NCBI GenBank assembly: GCA_037189525.1
Contig: JBBCJC010000005.1
Location: 352,001-416,000, forward strand
Length of the DNA stretch: 64,000 bases
Direction: 5' to 3'
From: Gemmatimonadales bacterium
GTDB taxonomy: Bacteria; Gemmatimonadota; Gemmatimonadetes; Gemmatimonadales; GWC2-71-9
This document shows positions 50,134 through 60,233 of the stretch, piece by piece. The first letter of the stretch is position 1; each line of letters opens with the position of its first letter. The notes beneath the pieces are model-generated. The model ran no database searches. It was not told the DNA's origin and saw only the letters and a list, made by a program, of their open reading frames with translations. The position numbers were made by a program, and so were the translations under genes.

Positions 50134-52992
50134 TCAGCGAACCGGTGAAGGCTCCCCGGTCAGTCGCCCGACGGCCGTGCGAGCCTCGGCGGCCCAGCCG
50201 TCGTCCGCCGACCAGAGCCGGAGGAATCGCCCGTAAGCGGTCACGGCATCCTCGCGCTGACCTGCGGCCTCGAGTGCCCGGCCCAGCAAGAGTTGCGTCA
50301 CCGGCATGACGCCGACATCGCCCTCGAACCCATACTGCAGCCGCAGCAGCCCGAGCGCCCGGGTTTCCGGACGCATGGCCAGCACCGTCGCCAGTTCGAG
50401 TCGGGCCGCGACCGACATGAAGGCAGGAATGGTCCCCGCCGTCCCGTCGAGCGCGCTGCCTAACAATCGAATCCCGCCCAGCGTATCGCCGCGCGCGAGG
50501 ACGACCCGGCCCTTGGCCGCCGCCACCAGCGACCGGACCGTGCCGCCGACGGCGACCGTGTCGCGCGCCAACAAGCTGTCCGCGAGGCGGCCGGCCAGGT
50601 TCAGGTCGCCCCGCACCAGCGCGAGTTGGATGATGGTATGGACTTGAAACGGATTGACCCGCTTGGCCGCCAGCACCCGCGTGGCAAGATCTCCAGCGAA
50701 GCCGGACGGCGCGATTCCAAGCGTGATCGGATAGAGTAACGCCGAGAAGCGCAGTTCCGGATTGATGGCCTGCAGGGAATCGGCAATCGCCTCTGCCAAC
50801 TCGAAGCGACCCAACCCCGCCGCCATCACACTGCGGGCAAGTCCCCGCTCCGACGGCGCGCCGCCCGACCCCGAGAAGGTGAGCCCGACCAACGACCAGA
50901 CCCGCTCCGCATCGGCGTCCGGCGCGAGCTCCGCGGCGCGGATTGCCGCCTGGTACGCACCACGCCTGCCGCCGATCAATGCCACGGTGGTGGAATCGAC
51001 TCCGCGCCGACCCCAGCCGAGATCCGCCGCCGCGCGGTAGGCACGAGCCTCTTCGTCTGATCCCGCCTGGCGCATCACGCCCACATAACGTTCGAGCAAC
51101 GCGCTGTCACGATAGGCAATGGCCATCTCAGCCGGATGCAGCGCAGCGGGCGTCAGCGAGGAATCGAGCGCGATCACCCGGTCGAACGGCGCCCGCACCT
51201 CCTCGGGAGGCCGGGGATCGACCGCCCGATTGTGATAGTAGGTCTCGCCCAGAACGAACCAGCCTTCGACGTCGTTCGGATACTGGGCGACATACTGCCG
51301 GGCCGAGTCGGCCGCGGCGCGATTGCCGCGGGAAAAGAGATTGTAGGTGACGACCAGCGAACGTTCCCGGGGCGGCAGACGATCGGCAAACCGGCGCGCC
51401 GCATCGCTGGCCTCGATTGCCCGCGGGGAGCCATAGCCACCGACCCAGCCGATCGATGAACTGAGCCGGAGATACGCCAGACTGAAGGTGGAATCGAGCT
51501 CGATCGCGCGCTGAAAGGCGAGTTGCGCCGAATCCCAGACCGAGCGGCGGTAGAGCCGTTCGCCGTCGAGGAAGGCGCGCATGGCCTCCATCGAATTGGT
51601 CGTGATCCCGCTGACCCGGAGCGACGGCAGCGGCTCGTTGGATTGCCAGATGCTGCGCACCAGATCCGCGCTCAGGCGATCGACCAGAACCAGGACGCTG
51701 TCGGGCGCGCCGTCGACCTGCGCCATCGCCAGCTCCGCACCGTCGAGCCCGTGGAGCGTTGCCGAAATCCGGACCCGGTTACCGGCGCTGACCAGACTGC
51801 CCACCAGCACGCTGTTGGCCTTGAGCCCCCGGGCCAGCGCCCGATCGGCATCCAGATCCGCCGCCCCGCCCCGCCGGTGCCATTGCGCCAGCACCAGACG
51901 CGGCTCGACGGCACGAATCCCGCCGACCGTGTTGAGATTGGCCGAGAGCAGATCGACCATACCCTCGCCCAGCGTCTCCACGCCGGGACCCGAGGTCATG
52001 AACGGCACCACCGCAATGACCTCGGCCTCCTTGCGCACCAGGCTGGCCGGTTCGCGCGGCCAGAAGATGAGTGCCAGCAGGCTGGCGACAAACGCAACCG
52101 AGAAGAACGCCACGGCGCCGAGCAAGCGACGCTGCTTGGCCAGAACGGCCTGCCCACCGCCGCCCGACCGCACCAGATCGTCGCCAAACGCCGTGATCGT
52201 GGGATAGCGCTCGGCCGGATCGCTCGCGAGCGCCCGCGCCACCACCGCGTCGGCCTCGGGCGGAACGGTCCGGACCAACTTGGTGAGCTTGGGCCGCGGC
52301 CCGGTCAGGCTTCGGGCCAGCGCGGCCTGTACGGTGGGGCCGGAAAACGGCACCTCGCCGCTCACCATCTCGTAGAACACCGCGGCCAGACTGTACTGAT
52401 CGGTCCGGGCATCGAGCTCCGAGGCGGTGGCCTGCTCGGGACTCATGTAACCGGGAGTGCCAACCGCGAACCCCAACCCGGTATGCCGCTGCCCTTGCTG
52501 CGCAATGCCCAAGGCGCGCGCAATCCCGAAGTCGGCGACCATGGCATGGCCGCCGGTCAGCAGGATGTTTTCCGGCTTGATGTCTCGATGGATCAGGCCC
52601 TGCCCGTGCGCATAGGCCAGCGCGCTGGCAATCTCGCGGGTCAGCTCGACCGCTTCGTCGAAGGGCACCTGCTTGTCGCGATCGAGCCGGTCCCGCAACG
52701 ATTCGCCCTCGACGAATGGCATCACGAAGTAGACGATGCCGCCCGCCACGCCCGAATCGTAGAGCGGAACGATGTGGGGATGCTGGAGCCGGGCCGAGAG
52801 TTCGATCTCGTGAAAAAACCGATCGGTCCCCATGGTGGCCGCCAGCTCCGGACGGAACACCTTGATGGCCACCCGGCGATCATGCTTGAGGTCGCGCGCC
52901 AGGAAGACGGTGGCCATCCCGCCTTCCCCGATCTGGCGTTCGATCTGATACCGGTCGCCGAGCCCGGCGCGGAGCTGCTCCTCGACGTTCAT
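50134..52992 (-). CDS. Membrane-anchored Ser/Thr protein kinase with C-terminal TolB-like/TPR module
   Basis: GEGGMATV, VAIK, HRDIKPEN, DFG, GTPGYMSPEQ; TM LLGAVAFFSVAFVASLLALIFW. Confidence 0.93.
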   Translation of the reverse strand: MNVEEQLRAGLGDRYQIERQIGEGGMATVFLARDLKHDRRVAIKVFRPELAATMGTDRFFHEIELSARLQHPHIVPLYDSGVAGGIVYFVMPFVEGESLRDRLDRDKQVPFDEAVELTREIASALAYAHGQGLIHRDIKPENILLTGGHAMVADFGIARALGIAQQGQRHTGLGFAVGTPGYMSPEQATASELDARTDQYSLAAVFYEMVSGEVPFSGPTVQAALARSLTGPRPKLTKLVRTVPPEADAVVARALASDPAERYPTITAFGDDLVRSGGGGQAVLAKQRRLLGAVAFFSVAFVASLLALIFWPREPASLVRKEAEVIAVVPFMTSGPGVETLGEGMVDLLSANLNTVGGIRAVEPRLVLAQWHRRGGAADLDADRALARGLKANSVLVGSLVSAGNRVRISATLHGLDGAELAMAQVDGAPDSVLVLVDRLSADLVRSIWQSNEPLPSLRVSGITTNSMEAMRAFLDGERLYRRSVWDSAQLAFQRAIELDSTFSLAYLRLSSSIGWVGGYGSPRAIEASDAARRFADRLPPRERSLVVTYNLFSRGNRAAADSARQYVAQYPNDVEGWFVLGETYYHNRAVDPRPPEEVRAPFDRVIALDSSLTPAALHPAEMAIAYRDSALLERYVGVMRQAGSDEEARAYRAAADLGWGRRGVDSTTVALIGGRRGAYQAAIRAAELAPDADAERVWSLVGLTFSGSGGAPSERGLARSVMAAGLGRFELAEAIADSLQAINPELRFSALLYPITLGIAPSGFAGDLATRVLAAKRVNPFQVHTIIQLALVRGDLNLAGRLADSLLARDTVAVGGTVRSLVAAAKGRVVLARGDTLGGIRLLGSALDGTAGTIPAFMSVAARLELATVLAMRPETRALGLLRLQYGFEGDVGVMPVTQLLLGRALEAAGQREDAVTAYGRFLRLWSADDGWAAEARTAVGRLTGEPSPVR

Positions 52993-53022
52993 TGCGCTCC
53001 TCGGGCTCGAAACCAGGGCAGC

Positions 53023-54945
53023 CTACGGAACCAGGCGCCGGCGGGCAATGTCGTCCACCAGACGGGCTTGGAACGCCTCCAGCGGCATCACATCCTGCTT
53101 GGACCCCGCTCCCCGGGTCCGCACCGCCACCGTGCCCGCCTCGGCCTCACGCTGACCGACCACGGCCAGATACGGCACCTTGGCCACCTCGCCGGCCCGG
53201 ACCCGGTAGTTGAGCGTATCGTTGCCGGCATCGAGCGTGGCGCGGATGCCCGCCTTGCGCAGCGCCGAGGTCACCTGCTGGGCCGCGTCTCGCTGCGCAT
53301 CGGAAATCGGCAGCACCCGGACCTGTTCCGGCGCGAGCCAGAGCGGAAAGGCGCCCGCAAAGTGCTCGATCAGGATCGCCATGAACCGCTCGAACGATCC
53401 GCTCACGGCCCGGTGAATCACGACCGGCCGATGGGCATGGTTGTCTTCGCCCACGTAGCTCAGATCGAAGCGTTCAGGCGCGGCGTAGTCGAGCTGGATC
53501 GTGCCCAGCTGCCAGGTCCGTCCGATCGAGTCCTCGACATGGAAGTCGATCTTCGGTCCGTAGAAGGCGCCGTCGCCCGGGTTGACCTGATAGGCGTGCC
53601 CGGTCGACTCGAGCGCGCTCCGTAGAGCGCCTTCGGCCTTGTCCCACAGTTCGTCCGAACCGATCCGCTCTTCGGGACGGGTCGAGAACTTGAGCTGCGC
53701 CGTGAGCCCGAAGGTCTCGTAGTACCCCAGAATCAGCCGGGTCAGCCGCTGCACCTCATCGCGGATCTGCTCCTCGGTGAGGAAGATGTGGCAGTCGTCC
53801 TGCTGGAACTGCCGCACCCGCGTCAAGCCCGACAGCGCGCCTGAGACCTCGTTCCGATGCAGTACGTCGTAGGTGCAGTAGCGGATCGGAAGCTCGCGAT
53901 AGGAATGCTTCTTCGACCCGTAGAGCAGATAGTGCGACGGGCAGTTCATCGGCTTGAGCGAGATATCGTGTTCTCCCGTCTCGTTGTCGAGGACGAGGAA
54001 CATGTTCTCCTTGTACTTGCCCCAGTGCCCCGACATCTCCCAGAGCGCTTTGTTGAAGAGCAGCGGGGTTTTGACTTCCTGGTAGTCGTCGCGCTGCAGC
54101 TCGCGCAGATAGTCGTTCAGCACGTTGATCATGGTGGTGCCACGATCGGTCCAGAAAGCTGCGCCAGGTGCGAACGGGTGAAACAGGAAGAGATCCAGTT
54201 CCCGTCCGACCCGCCGGTGATCCCGCTTCCGGGCTTCCTCCAGCCGGTGGAGGTACCCCTCGAGATCGTCTTTCTTGAACCAGGCGGTGCCGTAGATCCG
54301 CTGCAGCATCTGCCGCTTCTCGTCGCCGCGCCAGTACGCCCCGGCCGTCGAGAGCAGTTTGAAGTGCTTGAGCCGCGAGGTCGAGGGCACGTGCGGGCCG
54401 CGGCACAGATCGACGAACGGCCCATCGGTGTAGATGGTGATGGTCTCGTCCTCGCCCAACTCCGCGATCCGCTCGAGCTTGAGCGGATCGTCGGCAAAGC
54501 GGCGCCGGGCTTCCTCCCGATCGACCACTTCGCGCACGAAGGGGAAATCCTTGGCGGCCACGTCGCGCATCACCGCTTCGATTTTGTCGAGGTCCTCGGG
54601 CGTGAACGGGCGAGGCACTTCGAAATCGTAGTAAAAGCCGTCGTCGATAGCCGGCCCGAAACCGATCCCCGCTTTCGGGAAGATGGTGCGTACGGCCGTC
54701 GCGAGTACATGCGCCGCCGAATGCCGCAGCAGACCGAGGGCGTCAGGGTCACGATCGGTGATGATCGACACCGTGGCGTCCGATTCGATCGGCCGCTCGA
54801 GGTCCCAGGTCTGATCGCCGACGCGAATGGCCAGCGCCGCCTTGGCCAGCCCGGGACCGATCTGGCGAGCCAGGTCATGCCCGGTGGCACCGTGGGGCAA
54901 CTCCCGAACGCTACCGTCGGGCAGGGTCAATCGAACCACACTCAT
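53023..54945 (-). CDS. thrS: Threonine--tRNA ligase
   Basis: TGS domain, RHSAAH, DLCRGPH, RDHR, LKPMNCP, YGPKID. Confidence 0.99.
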   Translation of the reverse strand: MSVVRLTLPDGSVRELPHGATGHDLARQIGPGLAKAALAIRVGDQTWDLERPIESDATVSIITDRDPDALGLLRHSAAHVLATAVRTIFPKAGIGFGPAIDDGFYYDFEVPRPFTPEDLDKIEAVMRDVAAKDFPFVREVVDREEARRRFADDPLKLERIAELGEDETITIYTDGPFVDLCRGPHVPSTSRLKHFKLLSTAGAYWRGDEKRQMLQRIYGTAWFKKDDLEGYLHRLEEARKRDHRRVGRELDLFLFHPFAPGAAFWTDRGTTMINVLNDYLRELQRDDYQEVKTPLLFNKALWEMSGHWGKYKENMFLVLDNETGEHDISLKPMNCPSHYLLYGSKKHSYRELPIRYCTYDVLHRNEVSGALSGLTRVRQFQQDDCHIFLTEEQIRDEVQRLTRLILGYYETFGLTAQLKFSTRPEERIGSDELWDKAEGALRSALESTGHAYQVNPGDGAFYGPKIDFHVEDSIGRTWQLGTIQLDYAAPERFDLSYVGEDNHAHRPVVIHRAVSGSFERFMAILIEHFAGAFPLWLAPEQVRVLPISDAQRDAAQQVTSALRKAGIRATLDAGNDTLNYRVRAGEVAKVPYLAVVGQREAEAGTVAVRTRGAGSKQDVMPLEAFQARLVDDIARRRLVP

Positions 54946-55073
54946 GGGGCAGACTCCATCGCGGCCGGTCGCACCATTACGGGCGAGGCGGGCGCGAGCC
55001 AGAAGAACAGGCCCAAACCGACCGCGATGAGCACACCGAGGAAGAACAAGCGGACAACCGGTCGTTTGGCCAT
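54942..55073 (-). CDS. Small single-pass membrane protein (43 aa)
   Basis: MAKRPVVRLFFLGVLIAVGLGLFFWLAPAS...; stop overlaps thrS start (ATGA). Confidence 0.6.
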   Translation of the reverse strand: MAKRPVVRLFFLGVLIAVGLGLFFWLAPASPVMVRPAAMESAP

Positions 55074-55115
55074 GATTGCTTCGTGAAAATTCCCGAAACG
55101 TATTAAGTTAACTGT

Positions 55116-55574
55116 ATGCCGCAGCGACGTATACGTCCCGAGGGCAGTTCCAGCCTCCTCCCGACCGTACTGACCGGTCTCGGGATCGGTTTGGCCATCG
55201 GGCTCCTGGCCGGCGAACTGCTGGCCGGACGGGGCCGGAAGGTCCTGATTCCCTGGCGCCGAAAGCGCGCCGCGCCACCTTCCCAGGCTGATTTGACGAG
55301 CCGGGTTCGCCAGAGCCTCCAGGCACTCCTGGGCGCCGAGGCCAACGGACTCACCGTGGTGCCGATCGGGCGGAATGGCCTCGAACTGCACGGCTGGGTG
55401 GCCTCCCGCTCGAGCCGGAGCCGCGCCATCCGCGCGGTCCGCGAACTCCTGGGCGGCGACCTCACCCTGGTCGACCGGCTGCTGGTCTGGGGCGAGGACG
55501 ACGCGCCGTTGCCGCCCCGCACGCCCCCCAATCGACCCACCATCGTTCGGGACGAAGAGCCCGAGGTTGCATGA
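55116..55574 (+). CDS. Membrane-anchored protein with BON-like domain
   Basis: TM GLGIGLAIGLLAG; LELHGWVAS...RA..AV...VDRLLV resembles BON; ATGA overlap with valS. Confidence 0.6.
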   Translation: MPQRRIRPEGSSSLLPTVLTGLGIGLAIGLLAGELLAGRGRKVLIPWRRKRAAPPSQADLTSRVRQSLQALLGAEANGLTVVPIGRNGLELHGWVASRSSRSRAIRAVRELLGGDLTLVDRLLVWGEDDAPLPPRTPPNRPTIVRDEEPEVA

Positions 55575-58258
55575 CCGAGCCGTTGGCACCGCAGTACGAC
55601 CCGAAAACCGTCGAAGCCCCTTTGTACCGGTGGTGGCAGGACCGCCACCTGTTCACACCGCGCGGCGACCGTTCCCCCTACGTCATCATGATGCCGCCAC
55701 CCAACGTGACGGCGCAACTGCACATGGGGCACGGCCTCAACCTGAGCGTCCAGGACGTGATGATCCGGTTCGAGCGGATGCGCGGCCGCGATGCGCTCTG
55801 GATGCCGGGCACCGACCACGCCGGGATCGCCACGCAGAACGTGGTGGAAAAGCTGCTGGCCAAAGAGGGCAAGACCCGATTCGACCTGGGACGTGAGGCG
55901 TTCATCCAGCGGGTCGAAGCCTTCGTGGCCGAGACCGGATCGACCATCCTGGAGCAGATCCGGAGCCTGGGCGCCAGCTGCGATTGGGAGCACACCTACT
56001 ACACCCTGAGCCCCGAACTCTCGGCGGCGGTGCGCGAGGTCTTCGTCTCGCTCTATGAAAAGGGCCTGATCTACCGCGGCAAATACATCATCAACTGGTG
56101 CCCCCGCTGCCTCACCGCCCTCTCCAACGAGGAGGCGGAAAAGGAAGAGGTCGACGGGCAGATCTGGCGGCTGCGCTATCCGCTGGCCGATGGATCGGGA
56201 CAGATCATCGTCGCCACCACCCGCCCCGAAACGATGTTGGGCGACACCGCGGTTGCCGTGCATCCCGACGACGAGCGCTACGCCGGCCTGGTCGGCAAGA
56301 TGATCCGCCTGCCGGTGGTCGATCGCCTGGTGCCGATCGTGGCCGACGCGGCGGTTGACCCGGCCTTCGGCACGGGCGCCGTGAAGCTGACTCCGGCCCA
56401 CGATCCGCTCGATTTCGAGATCGCCTCGCGACATGGCCTCCCGGCCATCGATGTGATGACCCCCGACGCCCGGATCAATGAAGCCGGGCCCGAGCGGTTC
56501 CAGGGGCTCGATCGCTTCGACGCACGGAAGCGGGTGGTCGCCGAGTTCGAGGCAGCTGGTCTACTCGACAAGGTCGAACCGCACCGGCATGCGGTCGGTC
56601 ATTGCTACCGCTGCGACACCGTGGTCGAACCGCGGCTGTCCGATCAGTGGTTCGTCAAGATGGCGCCGCTTGCGAAGCCAGCGTTGGAGGCCTATCGCGA
56701 CGGCACCCTGAACTTCGTGCCGGAACGCCGCGGCACCGAGTACGCCCTCTGGATGGAGAACATCCGGGACTGGTGTATCTCGCGGCAGATCTGGTGGGGA
56801 CACCGGATTCCCGTCTGGTATTGTGACAACGGCAGCTGCGGAGCCATGACGGCGAGTCGCGTCGATCTGACGTCCTGCCCGAGCTGCGGCGGCGCCGTGC
56901 GACAGGACGAAGACGTACTCGACACCTGGTTCTCCTCGCAGCTGGTGCCGTTTACCTCGCTCGGCTGGCCCGACGACGACGGCAGCCTGAGCCGGTTCTA
57001 TCCGGGCCATGCGCTGGTGACCGCGCCCGAGATCCTGTTCTTCTGGGTCGCGCGGATGATCATGTCGGGCCTCGAGTTCAAGGGACAGGTCCCGTTCACC
57101 ACGATCTATCTCCACGGCACCGTGCGCGACACCCAGCATCGGAAGATGTCCAAGTCGCTGGGCAACGGAATCGATCCGCTGGACGTGGTCGAGCAGTATG
57201 GAGCCGACGCGCTCCGCTTCACGGTCATTGCCGGGCTCGCCGTCGGCACCGACGTCATCCTCGACCCCGACGATCTCGAAAGCTCGTTCTCGACCGGCCG
57301 GAACTTTGCCAACAAGCTCTGGAACGTCGGCCGCTTCATCCTGTCCAACCTGGACGGCGAGGTCCGCCCGATCGGCAGCTCCGCAGCGAATGCGGTCATC
57401 CGGGATGAACTCTCGGTGGCCGATCGCTGGATCCTGGCGCGCGCCGAGGCCACCATCCGCGAAGCGACCGACGGTTACGAACGGCTCCGGCTCAACGATG
57501 CCGCCAACGCCGTCTACCGTTTCCTCTGGAACGATCTGGCCGACTGGTACCTGGAAGCGATCAAGCCGCGCCTCTACGGCGATCAGCCCGGCGGCGACGT
57601 CGCGCGCGCCGTGGCGGTCCGCGTCTTCGACCAGGCGCTTCGCCTGCTCCACCCGGTGATGCCCTTCATCACCGAAACGCTCTGGCAACGCTTGCCGGGC
57701 AGAACGGACGGCGAAAGCCTGATGGTGGCCGCCTGGCCCGTCCCCGACCCGGCCGATGCCGATTCGGTCGCGCTGTCCGAGTTCGGAGCGGCACAGGATG
57801 TCATCACCGCGATCCGTTCGATCCGGGCCGAGTATCAGGTTCCGCCGGGCCAGACCGTCCGGGCCGCGCTGACCCGATGCGGCCCCGTCGTAACGGCGGC
57901 GTTCCAGTCGCTCGGCCCGATGATGCATCGCCTGGCCAAGGCCAGCGAGATCACCCTGGCCGGCGAAGACGCCGGAAACGGTGCGGCGGCTGCGCATGCC
58001 GTTCTCACCGACGGCAGCAGCGTGACCGTCCCCCTCGGCGATCTGGTCGACACGGCCAAGGAATGCGCCCGGCTCGGCCAGGAAGCGGCCCGGCTGACTC
58101 AGGCCATCGTGACACTCGAACAGAAACTCGGTAACGAGCAGTTCGTGAGCCGGGCGCCGGCGGCAGTGGTCCAGAAGGAACGGGAAAAATTGGCCAGTTG
58201 GCAGGACCAGCGCGCCGTCCTCGACGACAAGCGAACCCGGCTGGGATGTCCGTCCTGA
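55571..58258 (+). CDS. valS: Valine--tRNA ligase
   Basis: PPPNVT.LHMGH, DHAGIATQ, DWCISRQ, KMSKS. Confidence 0.99.
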   Translation: MTEPLAPQYDPKTVEAPLYRWWQDRHLFTPRGDRSPYVIMMPPPNVTAQLHMGHGLNLSVQDVMIRFERMRGRDALWMPGTDHAGIATQNVVEKLLAKEGKTRFDLGREAFIQRVEAFVAETGSTILEQIRSLGASCDWEHTYYTLSPELSAAVREVFVSLYEKGLIYRGKYIINWCPRCLTALSNEEAEKEEVDGQIWRLRYPLADGSGQIIVATTRPETMLGDTAVAVHPDDERYAGLVGKMIRLPVVDRLVPIVADAAVDPAFGTGAVKLTPAHDPLDFEIASRHGLPAIDVMTPDARINEAGPERFQGLDRFDARKRVVAEFEAAGLLDKVEPHRHAVGHCYRCDTVVEPRLSDQWFVKMAPLAKPALEAYRDGTLNFVPERRGTEYALWMENIRDWCISRQIWWGHRIPVWYCDNGSCGAMTASRVDLTSCPSCGGAVRQDEDVLDTWFSSQLVPFTSLGWPDDDGSLSRFYPGHALVTAPEILFFWVARMIMSGLEFKGQVPFTTIYLHGTVRDTQHRKMSKSLGNGIDPLDVVEQYGADALRFTVIAGLAVGTDVILDPDDLESSFSTGRNFANKLWNVGRFILSNLDGEVRPIGSSAANAVIRDELSVADRWILARAEATIREATDGYERLRLNDAANAVYRFLWNDLADWYLEAIKPRLYGDQPGGDVARAVAVRVFDQALRLLHPVMPFITETLWQRLPGRTDGESLMVAAWPVPDPADADSVALSEFGAAQDVITAIRSIRAEYQVPPGQTVRAALTRCGPVVTAAFQSLGPMMHRLAKASEITLAGEDAGNGAAAAHAVLTDGSSVTVPLGDLVDTAKECARLGQEAARLTQAIVTLEQKLGNEQFVSRAPAAVVQKEREKLASWQDQRAVLDDKRTRLGCPS

Positions 58259-59697
58259 TCCGGGGAGCAGCGCTGATCTGCCTCGTGGCAGGCTGTTCCC
58301 GCATTGCGGAGCCGCCGGGCGGCCCGCCCGACGCCAATCCGCCCAAGCTGCTCGGTACCCTGCCCGATTCGATCTCGGTGCAGCCCGGCTTCCGGAGCGA
58401 CGCCGAGTTCCGGTTCGATGAGGTGGTCAGCGAAGGAACCAGTCCCAATTTCGGCCTGGGCAGTGGCGACCTCGAAAAACTGATCATTCTCTCGCCCAGC
58501 CCGAACGTGCCGCGGGTCAGTTGGAAGCGCCGCCGGATCACGGTCAAGCCGCGCGAGGGCTGGCAGCCCAACCGCACCTATCGGATCGAACTGCTGCCGG
58601 GGCTGGTCGATCTGCGCAACAACCGAAGCGAGAACGGCCAGGTCATCACCTTCACGACCGGGTCGCCGTTGCCGGCCCACTTTCTCGAAGGCCGCGTCGT
58701 CGACTGGACTACCGCCAAAGGCCAGGCACTCGGCCTGGTCGTGGCGACCCTGTTGCCCGACAGCCTCGAGTATCGCACGCTGGCGGATTCGACGGGGCGT
58801 TTCCGGTTCGGGCCTCTTCCCGACGGCGAATACCTGGTGGCCGGGGTGCTCGACCAGAACCGGAACTCCCGTCGCGATCTCCGCGAATCGTTCGACACCA
58901 CCCGGGTCGCGATGGGCCGCGATTCCGTCGGCGAGATCTGGGCCTTCCGGCACGATACGGTCCCGGCCCGGATCCAGGCCATCGCCAAGAACGACTCGCT
59001 CTCCCTGACCGTCACGTTTACGCAGCAACTGAACCCGTACCAGGAACTGCCGTCTTCCGCGGCCCGGGTCCGCCTGCTGCCCGACTCGACCGACATCGGA
59101 GTCGACTCGATCCTGCCCAAGGCGAAGTACGACTCGGCCTACGCGCCCCGCGCCCCGGTCGATACCACTCCGCCCAGCGACAGCGCCCTGGTTGCCGACA
59201 GCTTGGCCCGGCTCCGGGCCGACTCCGTTGCCCACGCCGATTCCGTGCTGCGCGCCCGCGAGGCGGCCCGCCGCCGGGCACGCGGCATCGAAGAACCGCG
59301 GCCTCCCGAGCCGCCGCTCACCACCAAGCCGCCGCTCGACGACAAACTCGTCATTCGGGTCCGCGAACCGTTGCGGGCGGGCGCACGCTATGTGGTCGAA
59401 GTCGACGGGGTCGAAAATGTCAGCCGGGTGCCCGGCCGAGCGGTCCTCGGCTTCCAGATCCCGGAAGATCCGAAACCCGCGGCCGATACCTCCGCAGCGG
59501 ATTCCACCCGGGCCCCGGGTGATAGCGTCCCCCCCGATTCGCTGCCGGCCCGCCCCGACACCGCCGGCAGTTGGCTCGGCGCCTGGTCAGGCTCGGCAAC
59601 CCGTCCTCGATCTGGCCAGCCGGTGCCCCATCCGGCCCCTCGGCGCGAGTCGATCACCGCGGCCGTCCGACCGGCCACGCCGCCCCGGCCCCGATGA
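58246..59697 (+). CDS. Ig-like (Big_5-type) domain lipoprotein
   Basis: Lipobox VAGC followed by PPGGPPD..PP; FDE, PNRTY, DLRNN, FTTG; D-S/T-rich linkers. Confidence 0.82.
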   Translation: MSVLIRGAALICLVAGCSRIAEPPGGPPDANPPKLLGTLPDSISVQPGFRSDAEFRFDEVVSEGTSPNFGLGSGDLEKLIILSPSPNVPRVSWKRRRITVKPREGWQPNRTYRIELLPGLVDLRNNRSENGQVITFTTGSPLPAHFLEGRVVDWTTAKGQALGLVVATLLPDSLEYRTLADSTGRFRFGPLPDGEYLVAGVLDQNRNSRRDLRESFDTTRVAMGRDSVGEIWAFRHDTVPARIQAIAKNDSLSLTVTFTQQLNPYQELPSSAARVRLLPDSTDIGVDSILPKAKYDSAYAPRAPVDTTPPSDSALVADSLARLRADSVAHADSVLRAREAARRRARGIEEPRPPEPPLTTKPPLDDKLVIRVREPLRAGARYVVEVDGVENVSRVPGRAVLGFQIPEDPKPAADTSAADSTRAPGDSVPPDSLPARPDTAGSWLGAWSGSATRPRSGQPVPHPAPRRESITAAVRPATPPRPR

Positions 59698-60233
59698 CCC
59701 GGACTCGCCACCCGGCAGCGTTTCTCGACCGGGATGGCACCATTATCGAGGACGTCGGCTATCCCGGCGATCCGAACCAGGTCACCCTGCTGCCCGGCGC
59801 ACGCGAGGCCCTCATGGCTCTGGCGCATGCGGGATATCGGCTGGTGGTGGTAACCAATCAGAGTGGGATCGCGCGGGGTTTGATTTCCTGGGACCAGTAC
59901 CGCGCGGTGGCGGAGCGGATGGAGGATCTCCTGCGGCCCGACGTCACGCTGGCCGCGACGTACGTCTGTCCGCACCATCCGGACATCGACGGCCCCTGCG
60001 ATTGCCGCAAACCGGGGCTGGCCCACTACCGCGACGCCATCGACCGATTCGATCTGGACCCGGCCCGGTCCATCTGGATCGGCGACCGGCGCACCGATGT
60101 CGAACCGGCCGAGCACTGGAACGGACGCGGCTATCTGATCCACAGCGGGGCAGCTGATCTCTCGGATCCGCCGCCCCGCAATACCGTCCTCGTCCGCGAC
60201 CTGGCCGACGCGGTAGCGCGCGCGCTCAGCTAG
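59694..60233 (+). CDS. gmhB: HAD-IIIA phosphatase, D,D-heptose 1,7-bisphosphate phosphatase-like
   Basis: FLDRDGTI, VTNQSG, CPHHP...CDCRKP, IGDR..D. Confidence 0.88.
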   Translation: MTRTRHPAAFLDRDGTIIEDVGYPGDPNQVTLLPGAREALMALAHAGYRLVVVTNQSGIARGLISWDQYRAVAERMEDLLRPDVTLAATYVCPHHPDIDGPCDCRKPGLAHYRDAIDRFDLDPARSIWIGDRRTDVEPAEHWNGRGYLIHSGAADLSDPPPRNTVLVRDLADAVARALS

